Of a DNA stretch of 64,000 nucleotides, positions 22,058 to 32,820 are shown piece by piece (within the stretch, counting starts at the first letter, position 1; each line of letters starts with the position of its first letter). The notes beneath the pieces are model-generated. The model was given only the letters and a program-made list of their open reading frames with translations. It searched no databases and was not told where the DNA came from. Both the position numbers and the translations under genes were made by a program. Source of the stretch: Nitrospirae bacterium JdFR-81 (GTDB taxonomy: Bacteria; Nitrospirota; Thermodesulfovibrionia; UBA6902); NCBI GenBank assembly GCA_002011735.1, contig MTOQ01000012.1:2259-66258 (forward strand), given 5' to 3'.

Positions 22058-23959
22058 ATGATATCCAGAAGGCTAAAGAACCTCATCCTGTTGAAGGATT
22101 TCCCCATCCGACAAAAACTCCTCTTCTTTGCAATAGGTGGATTATGGTGGTTACTCATCATCTCCATCGTCTCTATTGGTGCAATCACCTATGTGAAGCA
22201 CCTGTCAAAGAGGTTGACGGACGAGGTATCCCCTCAGATCCAGACCGTGCAGAAGGCCATAATAAAACTGAGAGGGGCCAATGTCTCTGTCCACAATCTT
22301 GCGATATACAGGGATGAGAACTTCCTAAAGGCCAACGCAAAGAGGGCCGATACCCTCCTCAACCAGGTAAACGCCTATCTCCATGCACTCCTTGAGGGTG
22401 GGGAGATAAAGGACTACTCAGACCTCACAGGGGAGTTGATAGAGGAGTTCGGTGTTGCCCCTGTAAAGGACAGAGAGGCCACAGAGAATTACATAAAGGG
22501 TGCCTTAGAGAATAACAAAAGGCTACGATCCATCATAGATGAGCTGACCCCTGTATCATTGAACGCAATAAAGAATGGCAGGCTCTCTGAAGGCGAAGAG
22601 GAATTCATCAGGAACGGGATTGACAAATATGACCTGATAACCATGCGGTCAGTAACCAGCCTCAGCAAACTCACCTCATACCTGTCAGTATCACAGAAGG
22701 GTTATGTCAGGAGGATAAACTCTGTTATATATGCAACCACCCTGATAGTGGTTATCGTGGTGGTGATAGCCATAACCCTGCTGTTCATTACCAACTACTT
22801 TGTCACCGCCTCTATGACAAGGCCCATCAGGGCCATAACAGAACAGATAAAGGACCTCTCAGAGGGTGAGATCGACCTCTCAAGACAGATAACCGTGGAC
22901 TCAAAGGACGAGATCGGGGAGCTCTCGACCAATTTTAACCTCCTCATGCATACAATCCATGATATAAATAACTTCAAGAAGGTGATCGAGGAGGATGACG
23001 AACTTGAGGATGTATACCACAGGATAGCAAAGGTCTTGAGGGAGGACTTAAAGATTGATGACTTCATCATCTATGAGGTGTCAAACAGCAAGAACATCAT
23101 GCGCATCGTTGAAACAACCTTCAAGGGAGAGGAGATGCCATGCAGTAAGGAGATACTGATAAACTGTAGCCTCTGCAGATCGAACAAGACCGGCCATATC
23201 ATCTCATCCCTCACATATCCTCATATATGCAAGCAGTTCCTACGGTCAGAGGGGTTCTATCACACCTGTATACCGATGATAAGCGGTGGTGGGACAGGCG
23301 GGGTGGTGCTCTTCATGTTTGATAAGGATAACAGGGACATAGAGGCCATTAATAAGAGGATAATGAGGGCACAGCAATACATAAAAGAGGCCATCCCTGT
23401 TATAGAGGCCAAAAGGCTCACAGGCGTCCTCAGGGAATCGTCTGTCAAGGATCAGCTAACAGGCCTGTATAACAGGAGGTTCCTTGAAGAATATGTGGAC
23501 ACCCTCGTGGCAAGGATAACCAGGAAGAATGAGCTGCTTGGTCTTTTGATGTGTGACCTCGACTTCTTTAAAGAGATAAATGACAGATTCGGACATGATG
23601 TGGGTGATGCGGTGTTAAAGGAGACGGCAAACATCATATCAAAGAACACAAGGGCATCTGACCTTGTTGTGAGGTTCGGAGGGGAGGAGTTCCTCGTAAT
23701 ACTGGTGGATGAAAAGGGCAACGAGGCGATAGATGTTGCAGAGAGGATAAGGCAGAGTGTTGAGGGGCACAGGATCAGGGTATCAGGGGCCATTATCCAG
23801 AAGACGATAAGTATCGGTGTCAGTGAGTTTCCGGCAGATACCCAGAACTTCTGGGAGGCGATCAAATATGCGGATATAGCCCTTTATAAGGCAAAGGAGT
23901 CGGGCAGGAACAGGGTCGTGAGGTTCAAGAAGGAGATGTGGACTGAGAAGGAATATTAG
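22058..23959 (+). CDS. Membrane sensor diguanylate cyclase (2 TM, periplasmic domain, HAMP, GAF-like, GGDEF)
   Basis: Two TM segments, HAMP SKDEIGELSTNFN, DQLTGLYNRR, RASD I-site, RFGGEEF, ALYKAKESGRN. Confidence 0.93.
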   Translation: MISRRLKNLILLKDFPIRQKLLFFAIGGLWWLLIISIVSIGAITYVKHLSKRLTDEVSPQIQTVQKAIIKLRGANVSVHNLAIYRDENFLKANAKRADTLLNQVNAYLHALLEGGEIKDYSDLTGELIEEFGVAPVKDREATENYIKGALENNKRLRSIIDELTPVSLNAIKNGRLSEGEEEFIRNGIDKYDLITMRSVTSLSKLTSYLSVSQKGYVRRINSVIYATTLIVVIVVVIAITLLFITNYFVTASMTRPIRAITEQIKDLSEGEIDLSRQITVDSKDEIGELSTNFNLLMHTIHDINNFKKVIEEDDELEDVYHRIAKVLREDLKIDDFIIYEVSNSKNIMRIVETTFKGEEMPCSKEILINCSLCRSNKTGHIISSLTYPHICKQFLRSEGFYHTCIPMISGGGTGGVVLFMFDKDNRDIEAINKRIMRAQQYIKEAIPVIEAKRLTGVLRESSVKDQLTGLYNRRFLEEYVDTLVARITRKNELLGLLMCDLDFFKEINDRFGHDVGDAVLKETANIISKNTRASDLVVRFGGEEFLVILVDEKGNEAIDVAERIRQSVEGHRIRVSGAIIQKTISIGVSEFPADTQNFWEAIKYADIALYKAKESGRNRVVRFKKEMWTEKEY

Positions 23960-23961
23960 GA

Positions 23962-25254
23962 TTACTTAAAGACCCTTTTAAATATATAATCCACATTCTT
24001 TGTGTAATACGAGAGATCGAATATCTCCTCTATCTCATCCTCTGTGAGATACTTCCTTATGAGGATGTCCCTCTTCAGCAGCTCCCTGAACTCCCTCCTC
24101 TGCCTCCAGCTCTGCATGGCCCTCCTCTGGACAAGGCGATATGCATTCTCACGACTCAGTCCCTTCTCAACGAGCCTGAGCAACACCCTCTGCGAACAGT
24201 AGAGTCCATAACTCCTGTTGATATTCTCCAGCATCCTGTCAGGATAGACATGCAGGCCCCTGAGTATCCCCGTGAGCCTTGTGAGCATGTAATCAACAAG
24301 GATGGTGCTATCAGGGATTATGATCCTCTCAACAGATGAATGGCTGATATCCCTCTCATGCCAGAGGGGTATATTCTCCAGCCCTGCCATGGCATTCGAC
24401 CTGACGACCCTTGCAAGACCACTAAGGTTCTCACATCCAACAGGGTTCCTCTTGTGGGGCATCGCAGATGAGCCCTTCTGCCCCTTTTCAAATGGCTCCT
24501 CGGCCTCAAGCACCTCTGTCCTCTGGAGGTGCCTTATCTCCACAGCGATCTTCTCTATTGTCGAGGCGATCATGGCAAGGGCATTCAGGAACTCTGCGTG
24601 TCTGTCTCTCTGGATAATCTGGGTTGATACAGGGGCAGGTTTGAGTTTGAGTTTCTTGCAGACATACCTCTCCACAAAGGGAGGAACACTGGAGAAGTTC
24701 CCGACAGGGCCGGATAGCTTCCCATAACTGATATTCTCTCTGGCATTCCTCAGGCGGACGAGGTTCCTGCCCATCTCCTCATACCAGAGCGCGAATATCA
24801 GACCGAATGATGTGGGTTCTGCATGGATACCGTGGCTCCTGCCCATCCTGATCGTGTCCTTGTACTTAAAGGCCTTCCTCTTCAACACCTCCCGCAGTTC
24901 CTTTATATCCCTGATTATCAGGTCCGCAGCCTCCCTCATGAGTAGGGCGAGGGATGTATCGAGTATATCCGAGGATGTAAGGCCCTTGTGTATATATCGA
25001 GCATCAGGTCCCACATTCTCTGCAACAGAGGTGAGAAACGCTATGACATCGTGTTTGACCCGTTGCTCTATCTTCTCTATCCTCTTTATGTCAAACCTTG
25101 CCCTCTTCTTTATCGTGTTAAGGCTCCTGGGGGGTATCTCACCAAGTCTCGCCCATGCCTCGCATGCGGCGATCTCCACCTCGAGCCATTTCCTGAACCT
25201 GTTCTCAGGCTCCCATATCCTTGCCATCTCCGGCCTTGTGTATCGTGGTATCAT
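23962..25254 (-). CDS. purB: Adenylosuccinate lyase
   Basis: MIPRYTRPEM, KHDVIAF, GSSAMPHKRNP, LWHERDISHSS. Confidence 0.97.
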   Translation of the reverse strand: MIPRYTRPEMARIWEPENRFRKWLEVEIAACEAWARLGEIPPRSLNTIKKRARFDIKRIEKIEQRVKHDVIAFLTSVAENVGPDARYIHKGLTSSDILDTSLALLMREAADLIIRDIKELREVLKRKAFKYKDTIRMGRSHGIHAEPTSFGLIFALWYEEMGRNLVRLRNARENISYGKLSGPVGNFSSVPPFVERYVCKKLKLKPAPVSTQIIQRDRHAEFLNALAMIASTIEKIAVEIRHLQRTEVLEAEEPFEKGQKGSSAMPHKRNPVGCENLSGLARVVRSNAMAGLENIPLWHERDISHSSVERIIIPDSTILVDYMLTRLTGILRGLHVYPDRMLENINRSYGLYCSQRVLLRLVEKGLSRENAYRLVQRRAMQSWRQRREFRELLKRDILIRKYLTEDEIEEIFDLSYYTKNVDYIFKRVFK

Positions 25255-25329
25255 AGCTACTCCCCTCTCTGTTCAATATTGGTTATGCAAGGTCTGATAC
25301 CCTGCACCATCTGCCCATGTAACCTGATA

Positions 25330-26058
25330 TTATAACCCCTTTGAGAGTCTCTCGATGAGATATCCTGGCAGCCCTGCCCTCTTCATCTTCTCCTGGGTGG
25401 ATACTATATCATAAGGAATCCTCTTAATCTCAATCCTGCGATCATCAAATAGGGCGTATGAGGCATCAGGGTTGCCATCCCTCGGCTGACCGACACTCCC
25501 GACATTCACGATGTATCTACACCCATCCCTCAGCTCAACCCGATCCCTGTATATAAGGATCTCCCCCTTTGGATCCATCTCTATTATCACCGGTTGGTGG
25601 CTGTGGCCTATAAAGCATATCCTCTCGTCAAACAGATGGAAATTCACATAGGCATCCCATGTGGTGAGGAGATAATGCCACTGCTCTGGCTCCTTTGGTG
25701 TTGAATGGACGAGGTAGATGCCCTGATCCTTCAGCCTCGCAGACACAGGGAGGCTATCAAGGAAGGCCTTATCCTCATCGCTCAGCACCTCCTGGGTCCA
25801 CTCAACCGCGGCACGCGCATAGGGGTTGAAGTAACTGACATCGGTCCTCCCTGTAACCGCACGGTCATGATTCCCTGCAAGGATGATGCTGGACTCCTCT
25901 TTTATTATCCTTATACATTCCGAGGGGTCAGGCCCATAGCCAACGCTATCGCCAAGAAAGAACACATCACCCTTCTCGTGGTGGGTCCTGATATCCTCAA
26001 GCACTGCCATAAGTGCCTCAAGATTTCCGTGCACATCCGACAATATAATGAACTGCAT
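25330..26058 (-). CDS. Calcineurin-like metallophosphoesterase
   Basis: SDVHGN, LGDSVGYGP, GNHD, GHSH, NVGSVGQPRDG. Confidence 0.9.
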   Translation of the reverse strand: MQFIILSDVHGNLEALMAVLEDIRTHHEKGDVFFLGDSVGYGPDPSECIRIIKEESSIILAGNHDRAVTGRTDVSYFNPYARAAVEWTQEVLSDEDKAFLDSLPVSARLKDQGIYLVHSTPKEPEQWHYLLTTWDAYVNFHLFDERICFIGHSHQPVIIEMDPKGEILIYRDRVELRDGCRYIVNVGSVGQPRDGNPDASYALFDDRRIEIKRIPYDIVSTQEKMKRAGLPGYLIERLSKGL

Positions 26059-26059
26059 C

Positions 26060-26470
26060 CTAAGCCCTGATCCTGCTCTGCTGGATCCTGTCCAGGACCC
26101 CGTTTATAAATCGATATGAGTCCTCTGTGGAGTATTTCTTTGCCAGCTCGATCGCCTCATTGATGGCAACTGAGGGCGGGATATCAGGCCTGTAGAGGAG
26201 CTCATAGGTGGCTGCCCTGAGTATGTTACGATCTATCACGGGCATCCTCTCAAGCTCCCAGTGTTCGGTGGCATCCCTTATCAGGGAGTCTATTGTATCA
26301 AGATGCCCTATCGTCCCCCTCACTATGGAATCGGCAAAGTCCCTAACCTCACTATCCTCCTTGTTCCCTTCCCAGAATTCGTCTAACAACTCATCACTCA
26401 GCCTGTCGCCTGTTATGTCAAGCTGGAATAAAAGCTGGAGGGCGTATTCCCTTGCTCGTCGTCGCTTCAT
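26060..26470 (-). CDS. nusB: Transcription antitermination factor NusB
   Basis: [35 protein letters not shown]. Follows ribH. Confidence 0.96.
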   Translation of the reverse strand: MKRRRAREYALQLLFQLDITGDRLSDELLDEFWEGNKEDSEVRDFADSIVRGTIGHLDTIDSLIRDATEHWELERMPVIDRNILRAATYELLYRPDIPPSVAINEAIELAKKYSTEDSYRFINGVLDRIQQSRIRA

Positions 26471-26475
26471 CTAAC

Positions 26476-26937
26476 CTACAACTTCTTAAGCAATTGTGCC
26501 ATCTCGATGGCGGTAAGCGCAGCATCCCAGCCCTTGTTCCCGCTCTTTGTCCCTGCCCTCTCAACGGCCTGCTCGATGGTATCAGCGGTGATCACTCCAA
26601 AGGCCACAGGGATGCCTGTCTCAAGAGAGACCATGGCGATACCCTTTGCCGTCTCAGAGGCCACATACTCAAAGTGAGGGGTTGCACCCCTTATGATGGT
26701 CCCGAGGCAGATTATTGAATCGTATGAACCCCTCTGTGCAACCCTCTTTGCAATGAGCGGGATCTCGAATGAACCAGGCACCCTGATTATCTCTATATTA
26801 TCCTCATCTGCACCGTGCCGTAGAAGGGCGTCCATTGCGCCGTCAAGCAGCCTCTGGGTTATGAACTCGTTGAACCTGCTCACTATGATCGCAAATTTAA
26901 GTCCCTGTGCATTGAGTTCTCCCTCTAACCTCTTCAT
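26476..26937 (-). CDS. ribH: 6,7-dimethyl-8-ribityllumazine synthase
   Basis: [35 protein letters not shown]. Confidence 0.97.
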   Translation of the reverse strand: MKRLEGELNAQGLKFAIIVSRFNEFITQRLLDGAMDALLRHGADEDNIEIIRVPGSFEIPLIAKRVAQRGSYDSIICLGTIIRGATPHFEYVASETAKGIAMVSLETGIPVAFGVITADTIEQAVERAGTKSGNKGWDAALTAIEMAQLLKKL

Positions 26938-26949
26938 GTGACAACCTCC

Positions 26950-28167
26950 TTATACATTCTCGAGCATATGCCCAAGCTTTTTCTTCTTTGTCCTGAGATA
27001 ATGGATATTCCTCCTGTGTGGCTTTATCTCAAGGGGCACCCTCTCAACGATCTGGAGGCCATAGCCTTCAAGACCGATGATCTTTGTGGGGTTGTTGGTT
27101 ATCAGACGCATCTTCCTGACACCAAGACTGACCAGTATCTGCGCGCCGATACCGTAATCTCTGAGGTCGGGCTTGAAGCCCAGCTTGACATTCGCCTCAA
27201 CGGTATCCAGGCCCTTATCCTGCAGGGCATATGCCTTTATCTTGTTGGAGAGACCGATCCCCCTCCCCTCCTGTCTCATGTAGAGCAGGACACCTTTGCC
27301 CTCCTTCCTTATCATCTCCATGGCCTTACGAAGCTGGCTACCGCAGTCACACCTCTTTGAACTGAAGACATCACCTGTCAGACATTCTGAATGGACCCTC
27401 ACAAGGACCTCGTCATCAGGTGTTATCTTGCCCTTGACAAGAGCGATGTGTTCAGACTTATCGATTATATTACCGAACACGATGGCCCTGAACTCACCTC
27501 CATACTTCGTGGGGATATCTGCCTCTGCAACCCTGTGGACGAGGCACTCGTTCCTCATCCTGTATTCAATAAGATCCTTTATGGTTATGATCTTCAGGCC
27601 ATGCTTACGGGCAAACTTCATGAGCTGCGGGACCCTTGCCATCGTGCCGTCATCATTCATAATCTCGCATATGACCCCTGCAGGATACAGCCCTGCGAGT
27701 CTGGCAAGGTCAACAGAGCCCTCGGTCTGACCTGCACGCTGGAGGACTCCTCCTGGCCTTGCCCTGAGCGGGAACACATGGCCTGGTGAGACAAGGTCTT
27801 CGGCCTTCTTCTTCGGGTCTATTGCGGTCAGGATGGTCTTTGCCCTGTCTGCAGCAGAGATCCCTGTTGTCACCCCCTCCTTTGCCTCGATAGAGACGGT
27901 AAAGGCCGTGCCGAACCTTGACTTATTGACATCCACCATCATGGGTAGCTTCAGCTCCTCCACCCTCTCTGGGGTGAGGGACAGACATATCAGGCCACGA
28001 CCGTATTTTGCCATGAAGTTTATGGCCTCGGGAGTAACCTTCTCAGCCGCTATGGTGAGGTCGCCCTCGTTCTCCCTGTCCTCATCATCGACGAGGATGA
28101 CCATCTTGCCCTTTCTTATGTCCTCTATCGCCTCTTCAATCGTGTTGAACTTATACTTGCTATGCAT
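26950..28167 (-). CDS. ribBA: Bifunctional DHBP synthase / GTP cyclohydrolase II
   Basis: [33 protein letters not shown]. Confidence 0.97.
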   Translation of the reverse strand: MHSKYKFNTIEEAIEDIRKGKMVILVDDEDRENEGDLTIAAEKVTPEAINFMAKYGRGLICLSLTPERVEELKLPMMVDVNKSRFGTAFTVSIEAKEGVTTGISAADRAKTILTAIDPKKKAEDLVSPGHVFPLRARPGGVLQRAGQTEGSVDLARLAGLYPAGVICEIMNDDGTMARVPQLMKFARKHGLKIITIKDLIEYRMRNECLVHRVAEADIPTKYGGEFRAIVFGNIIDKSEHIALVKGKITPDDEVLVRVHSECLTGDVFSSKRCDCGSQLRKAMEMIRKEGKGVLLYMRQEGRGIGLSNKIKAYALQDKGLDTVEANVKLGFKPDLRDYGIGAQILVSLGVRKMRLITNNPTKIIGLEGYGLQIVERVPLEIKPHRRNIHYLRTKKKKLGHMLENV

Positions 28168-28201
28168 ATCTCATATCCCTATCCATGTGTATAGGTTTCC
28201 C

Positions 28202-28834
28202 TCAGGCAAACCCCTCCTTCCTGAGCAATTCCATCAGGCCATCGCCCTTCTCCCTCTGGCCCATCAGCCTCTCTATATATTTACCTATTATATCAACTTC
28301 TATATTAACTTTATCGCCCGCACCCTTCTGCCCAATGTTTGTCACCTTCATGGTATGGGGTATTATGGCCACGCTGAATGTCCTGTTATCAAGCGCTGTA
28401 ACAGTAAGACTGATGCCATCAACAGCCACAGAGCCCTTCACCACCACATACCTCAATATATCCATCGGCGCCTCAAACCTGTACAATGTATACTCACCCT
28501 CTCTCCTCCTCTCGATTATCCTGCCAATACCATCCACATGGCCTGTTACGAGATGACCGCCAAGCCTGTCACCCAGCCTGAGGGCACGTTCCAGGTTGAC
28601 CCTGTCCCTGACCTTGAGCTCTCCAAGGTTGGTGCTCCTCAGTGTCTCAGGCGATACATTAAAAAGCATTTCGGGCACTTTGCTGACAACCGTGAGGCAG
28701 ACACCATTAACCGAGACGCTGTCACCTATCCGGACATCAAATCCTGACTCAGGACTTACACAGAGGTCGATACCCCTGCCAGCCTTTTTCAGGGCAGTAA
28801 CGATGCCTGTGGTCTCCACAATCCCTGTGAACAT
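28202..28834 (-). CDS. ribE: Riboflavin synthase (alpha chain)
   Basis: MFTGIVE, NGVCLT, GGHLVTGHVDG, DGISLT. Confidence 0.95.
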   Translation of the reverse strand: MFTGIVETTGIVTALKKAGRGIDLCVSPESGFDVRIGDSVSVNGVCLTVVSKVPEMLFNVSPETLRSTNLGELKVRDRVNLERALRLGDRLGGHLVTGHVDGIGRIIERRREGEYTLYRFEAPMDILRYVVVKGSVAVDGISLTVTALDNRTFSVAIIPHTMKVTNIGQKGAGDKVNIEVDIIGKYIERLMGQREKGDGLMELLRKEGFA

Positions 28835-29157
28835 CACTCACCTGTGTAGATGGAGAAGTAAAAGGTCTTCTCGTAGATATTCAGGAAATTCACCCTTTCC
28901 TGCCACGATGCCTCTATATAAACCTTATGATCCATGCGCGTAATTGCTATATCATCCTCATCGATTGGGACATTGTATTCCCGCACCTTCTCCATAATCT
29001 TCTCCATCAGGTCCTCCTGGCGCATGGTTCCACCAATCCTTGCAAGCTCTGCCAGGTCGCTCTTAAACGCATAATAGTGGTATAAAGGTGGGGCGAATAC
29101 AAAACCACCATAGACGAGCAGGGCAATGACCAGGATTATCAAGAGTTTCTTAGCCAT
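28834..29157 (-). CDS. Small membrane-anchored protein, DUF4845-like
   Basis: Single N-terminal TM helix. Sits directly after lepA-lepB, where this family usually occurs. Confidence 0.65.
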   Translation of the reverse strand: MAKKLLIILVIALLVYGGFVFAPPLYHYYAFKSDLAELARIGGTMRQEDLMEKIMEKVREYNVPIDEDDIAITRMDHKVYIEASWQERVNFLNIYEKTFYFSIYTGE

Positions 29158-29205
29158 CCTGCACCTCCTATAATAACGAGGCCCCTCCATCAGGAAGGGC
29201 CCTAT

Positions 29206-29922
29206 CTAATGGATCAGGTGCCCTATCCTTCCCCATCTGACCTTGTCTAAAAGGCCACCATTCTTGTTCCATGACCAGTATATTATGATGGCCTCTCCCT
29301 TTATATCGTCTATATCGACAAAACCCCAGAAACGGCTGTCATAACTCTGGTCTCGGTTATCACCCATGACAAAGAACTTGTTCCTTGGCACGACCACAGG
29401 ACCGAAATTATCCCTTGGTGTGACATCCCTGCTGAGGACTGTATTATCCCTGTGAATTATGTAATCCTCTTTGAGCAGCACACCATTGACATACACCTTC
29501 TTGTCCCTTATCTCAACCCTATCGCCTCCCACAGCGATGACCCTCTTTATAAAGTCCCTGCAATCATCCTTGAATAGATAGAGCGGATTGCCACTGTCAA
29601 AGGCTGCCTCAAGCCTGTAGAGCAGATTGCCTGTGAGGCTCCTGCATTCCTCCTTCTCCCTGTTCTTTGGAAAGGAGAAGACGATGATATCCCCCCTTCT
29701 TGGCTGTCTGAAGATCAGAAAACGGCTGTCTGTAAAGGGCAACTTGATCCCGTAGATAAACTTATTCACAAGGATATGGTCACCCACAAGGAGCGTTGGC
29801 ACCATGGAGCTTGAAGGTATCTTGAATGCCTGGATCACAAACGCCCTTATCATCAGGGCGAGGACAACGGCTATAAGTATTGCTTCTACATATTCCCTGA
29901 ATCTCGACTTCCTCTTTACCAC
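29206..29922 (-). CDS. lepB: Signal peptidase I
   Basis: IPSSSMVPTL (catalytic Ser), DFIKRVI (catalytic Lys), GDNRDQSYDSRFWG. Confidence 0.96.
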   Translation of the reverse strand: MVKRKSRFREYVEAILIAVVLALMIRAFVIQAFKIPSSSMVPTLLVGDHILVNKFIYGIKLPFTDSRFLIFRQPRRGDIIVFSFPKNREKEECRSLTGNLLYRLEAAFDSGNPLYLFKDDCRDFIKRVIAVGGDRVEIRDKKVYVNGVLLKEDYIIHRDNTVLSRDVTPRDNFGPVVVPRNKFFVMGDNRDQSYDSRFWGFVDIDDIKGEAIIIYWSWNKNGGLLDKVRWGRIGHLIH

Positions 29923-29938
29923 ACCCTCTCTCCTCTAA

Positions 29939-31729
29939 CTATCTTACCTGAAGGACGGATATAAAGGCCTCCTGAGGCAACGCCACCTTCCCGACCTGCT
30001 TCATCCTCCGTTTGCCCTCCTTCTGCTTCTCAAGGAGCTTCCTCTTCCTCGTCACATCACCACCATAGCACTTTGCGGTCACATTCTTCCTCAGTGGTTT
30101 TATGCTCTGCCTGGCTATGATCTTGCTACCTATTGCCGCCTGTATCACCACCTCAAAGAGCTGTCTCGGTATGACGCCCCTCAACCTCTCAACGACCTCC
30201 CTCCCCTTCTGATACGCCTTCTCCCTGTGGACTATCATGGAGAGTGCATCCACCGCCTCTCCGTTCAGGAGTATCTCTATCCTCACAAGTTCAGACCTCC
30301 TGTAACCGATGAACTCATATTCAAGGGAGGCGTATCCACTTGAATATGATTTTAATTTATCATAAAAATCCCATAAAATCTCACTGAGCGGCAGCTCATA
30401 TGTCAGTGCCACCCTGTCCCTTCCTATGTAATTGAACCCCTTCTGGATGCCCCTCTTCTGCTGGCAGAGCTCGATTATCCTGCCCACAAAGCCTGAGGGA
30501 ACAAAGATCACCGCCTTTACAAATGGCTCTTCTATATACTCATGCCTGTGTGGAAGTTTTGCAGGGCTATCGATATATACAACCCTCCCACCCTGCACTG
30601 TAACCCTGTAAATCACCGTAGGGGCGGTATTCAGGAGTGAAAGCCCGAACTCCCTCTCAAGCCTCTCCTTTATTATCTCCATGTGCAAAAGCCCGAGGAA
30701 ACCACATCTGAAGCCAAAGCCGAGGGCGATCGATGTCTCTGGCTCATATGTAAAAGATGAATCATTAAGCCTGAGCTTTGAGAGGGCGTCCTTAAGGGCC
30801 ATATACTGGCCTGACTCTGTTGGATAGAGACCACAGAAGACCATGGGTTTAACCTCCCTGTAGCCAGGGCATGGCTCATCCGTGGGTCTTTCGGCATCGG
30901 TTATGGTGTCACCAACCCTTGTATCTGATAGATCCCTTATCCCTGCCACTATATATCCAACATCCCCTGCCTCAAGGACATCAACCACCCTCTTCTTTGG
31001 TGTAAATACACCCACCTCCAGGACCTCATAGGATCTGCCTGTTGCCATCAGGAGTATCCTTGAACCCCTCCTCACCACCCCATCAAAGACCCTGACGAGC
31101 ACCACAACACCCTGATAGGTGTCAAACCAGGAGTCAAATATCAATGCCTTCAGCGGCCTCTCTTCATCACCCATAGGCGGTGGGACCCTCCTCACCACTG
31201 CCTCAAGCACATCCCTTACTCCGATACCCTTCTTGGCGGATACAAGGATCGCATCAGTACAGTCTATACCTATCGACTCCTCGATCTGCCTCTTTACATC
31301 CTCTGGTTCCGCATTATGGAGGTCTATCTTGTTAATGACAGGGATGATCTCGAGACCATGTTCAGCCGCAAGATAGGCATTCGCCATGGTCTGTGCCTCT
31401 ACCCCCTGTGTTGCATCAACAACAAGCAGTGCACCCTCACAGGATGCGAGACTCCTTGAGACCTCGTAGGCGAAATCGACATGCCCGGGCGTATCGATGA
31501 GATTCAATGTATAATCCCTGCCATCAAGTGCCCTGTAATTCAGCCTCACTGCGTGTGCCTTTATGGTTATACCCCTCTCCCTCTCAAGCTCCATGGAGTC
31601 CAGGACCTGCTCCTTCAACTCCGCTGGGGTGAGCGCACCTGTCAGTTCGAGTATACGGTCTGCAAGTGTGGATTTTCCGTGATCAATATGGGCGATTATG
31701 GAGAAGTTCCTGGTAAATGGTCTGGACAT
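29939..31729 (-). CDS. lepA: Elongation factor 4 (LepA)
   Basis: [38 protein letters not shown]. Confidence 0.98.
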   Translation of the reverse strand: MSRPFTRNFSIIAHIDHGKSTLADRILELTGALTPAELKEQVLDSMELERERGITIKAHAVRLNYRALDGRDYTLNLIDTPGHVDFAYEVSRSLASCEGALLVVDATQGVEAQTMANAYLAAEHGLEIIPVINKIDLHNAEPEDVKRQIEESIGIDCTDAILVSAKKGIGVRDVLEAVVRRVPPPMGDEERPLKALIFDSWFDTYQGVVVLVRVFDGVVRRGSRILLMATGRSYEVLEVGVFTPKKRVVDVLEAGDVGYIVAGIRDLSDTRVGDTITDAERPTDEPCPGYREVKPMVFCGLYPTESGQYMALKDALSKLRLNDSSFTYEPETSIALGFGFRCGFLGLLHMEIIKERLEREFGLSLLNTAPTVIYRVTVQGGRVVYIDSPAKLPHRHEYIEEPFVKAVIFVPSGFVGRIIELCQQKRGIQKGFNYIGRDRVALTYELPLSEILWDFYDKLKSYSSGYASLEYEFIGYRRSELVRIEILLNGEAVDALSMIVHREKAYQKGREVVERLRGVIPRQLFEVVIQAAIGSKIIARQSIKPLRKNVTAKCYGGDVTRKRKLLEKQKEGKRRMKQVGKVALPQEAFISVLQVR

Positions 31730-31733
31730 GGAA

Positions 31734-32705
31734 TCAAGAAGAGGCCCTTAAGGCGAGGCCGGCAGCCCCTATGGCACCGCCGTCATCCTGTAATCCGGAT
31801 TTCAGTATCCTTGTGCCTGCCGAAAGGTGTTTAAAGGCCCTTTTTGAGACCTCCTTCTTCAATTCCTCAATGAACAGGTCCCACGCACCCACAAGCCCCC
31901 CTCCAATAATCACGGCATCAGGGCTGAGGAGGTTTATCAGGTTCGCTACCCCTATACCAAGGTATTGGCCCGCCTCTTTGAAGACCTCCCTGCTGAGGCT
32001 GTCTCCCTCAAGGGCCATCTTATAAACATCTGCGGGTGTCAGTTTATAGAAATTACCACCACAGCATTCTGCCAGCATACTGTGTGTCCCCTTCTCAAGT
32101 GATGATGTTGCCCTGTCCACAACCGCCCTGCCTGATGCATAGGACTCAAGGCATCCCCAGCTCCCGCACGGACAGAACCGTCCATTCGGCTCTACAACCA
32201 TATGACCTATCTCCAGTGCACCCATATATATCTCACCCTTATAGATCAACCCTCCACCAAGGCCTGTGCCAAGGGTTATAACAATAAAATTATCTATCTC
32301 CCTTCCTGCACCGTTCCATCTCTCACCATAGGCATAGGCATTTGCATCATTGTCAAGCACAACAGGCATGGAGAATGCCCCCTGAAACACATCCCTTATC
32401 GGCATCCCGTCTATCGCCGATATATTGGGTGACTCGATAACCACTCCTTTTTTTGTATCAATTATACCTGCCACACCAAGCCCTATAGCAGTGATATCCG
32501 ATATGTCGATCCCCTGCTGTCTGGATTCCTCAAGAAAACCCCTGAGCACCCCGATCAACTTCTCCTCTATAGAAAGATCATCATCCTCGGAGACGGACGG
32601 GGTGGGGTATTTATTACCGAATACCTTCTTGCCGTCCTCTGATACAATAACCGCCTTTATGTTTGTCCCGCCGATATCAAGACCAACAGCGATCCTCATG
32701 GCCAT
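31734..32705 (-). CDS. glk: ROK-family sugar kinase (glucokinase)
   Basis: [34 protein letters not shown]. Confidence 0.85.
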   Translation of the reverse strand: MAMRIAVGLDIGGTNIKAVIVSEDGKKVFGNKYPTPSVSEDDDLSIEEKLIGVLRGFLEESRQQGIDISDITAIGLGVAGIIDTKKGVVIESPNISAIDGMPIRDVFQGAFSMPVVLDNDANAYAYGERWNGAGREIDNFIVITLGTGLGGGLIYKGEIYMGALEIGHMVVEPNGRFCPCGSWGCLESYASGRAVVDRATSSLEKGTHSMLAECCGGNFYKLTPADVYKMALEGDSLSREVFKEAGQYLGIGVANLINLLSPDAVIIGGGLVGAWDLFIEELKKEVSKRAFKHLSAGTRILKSGLQDDGGAIGAAGLALRASS

Positions 32706-32820
32706 CTATCCCCCATTAATAACAGAAACTTATCTTATCACAATTAACAGCATGTGTAAAGGAATGGATATGGAATAACAGAGGCCGATCATCGTGTCTA
32801 TATGGTAAAATTATTATGGT

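Noticed and set aside
27833..28747. 304-aa plus-strand ORF
   Set aside because: Antisense to ribBA and ribE, with no recognisable domain.
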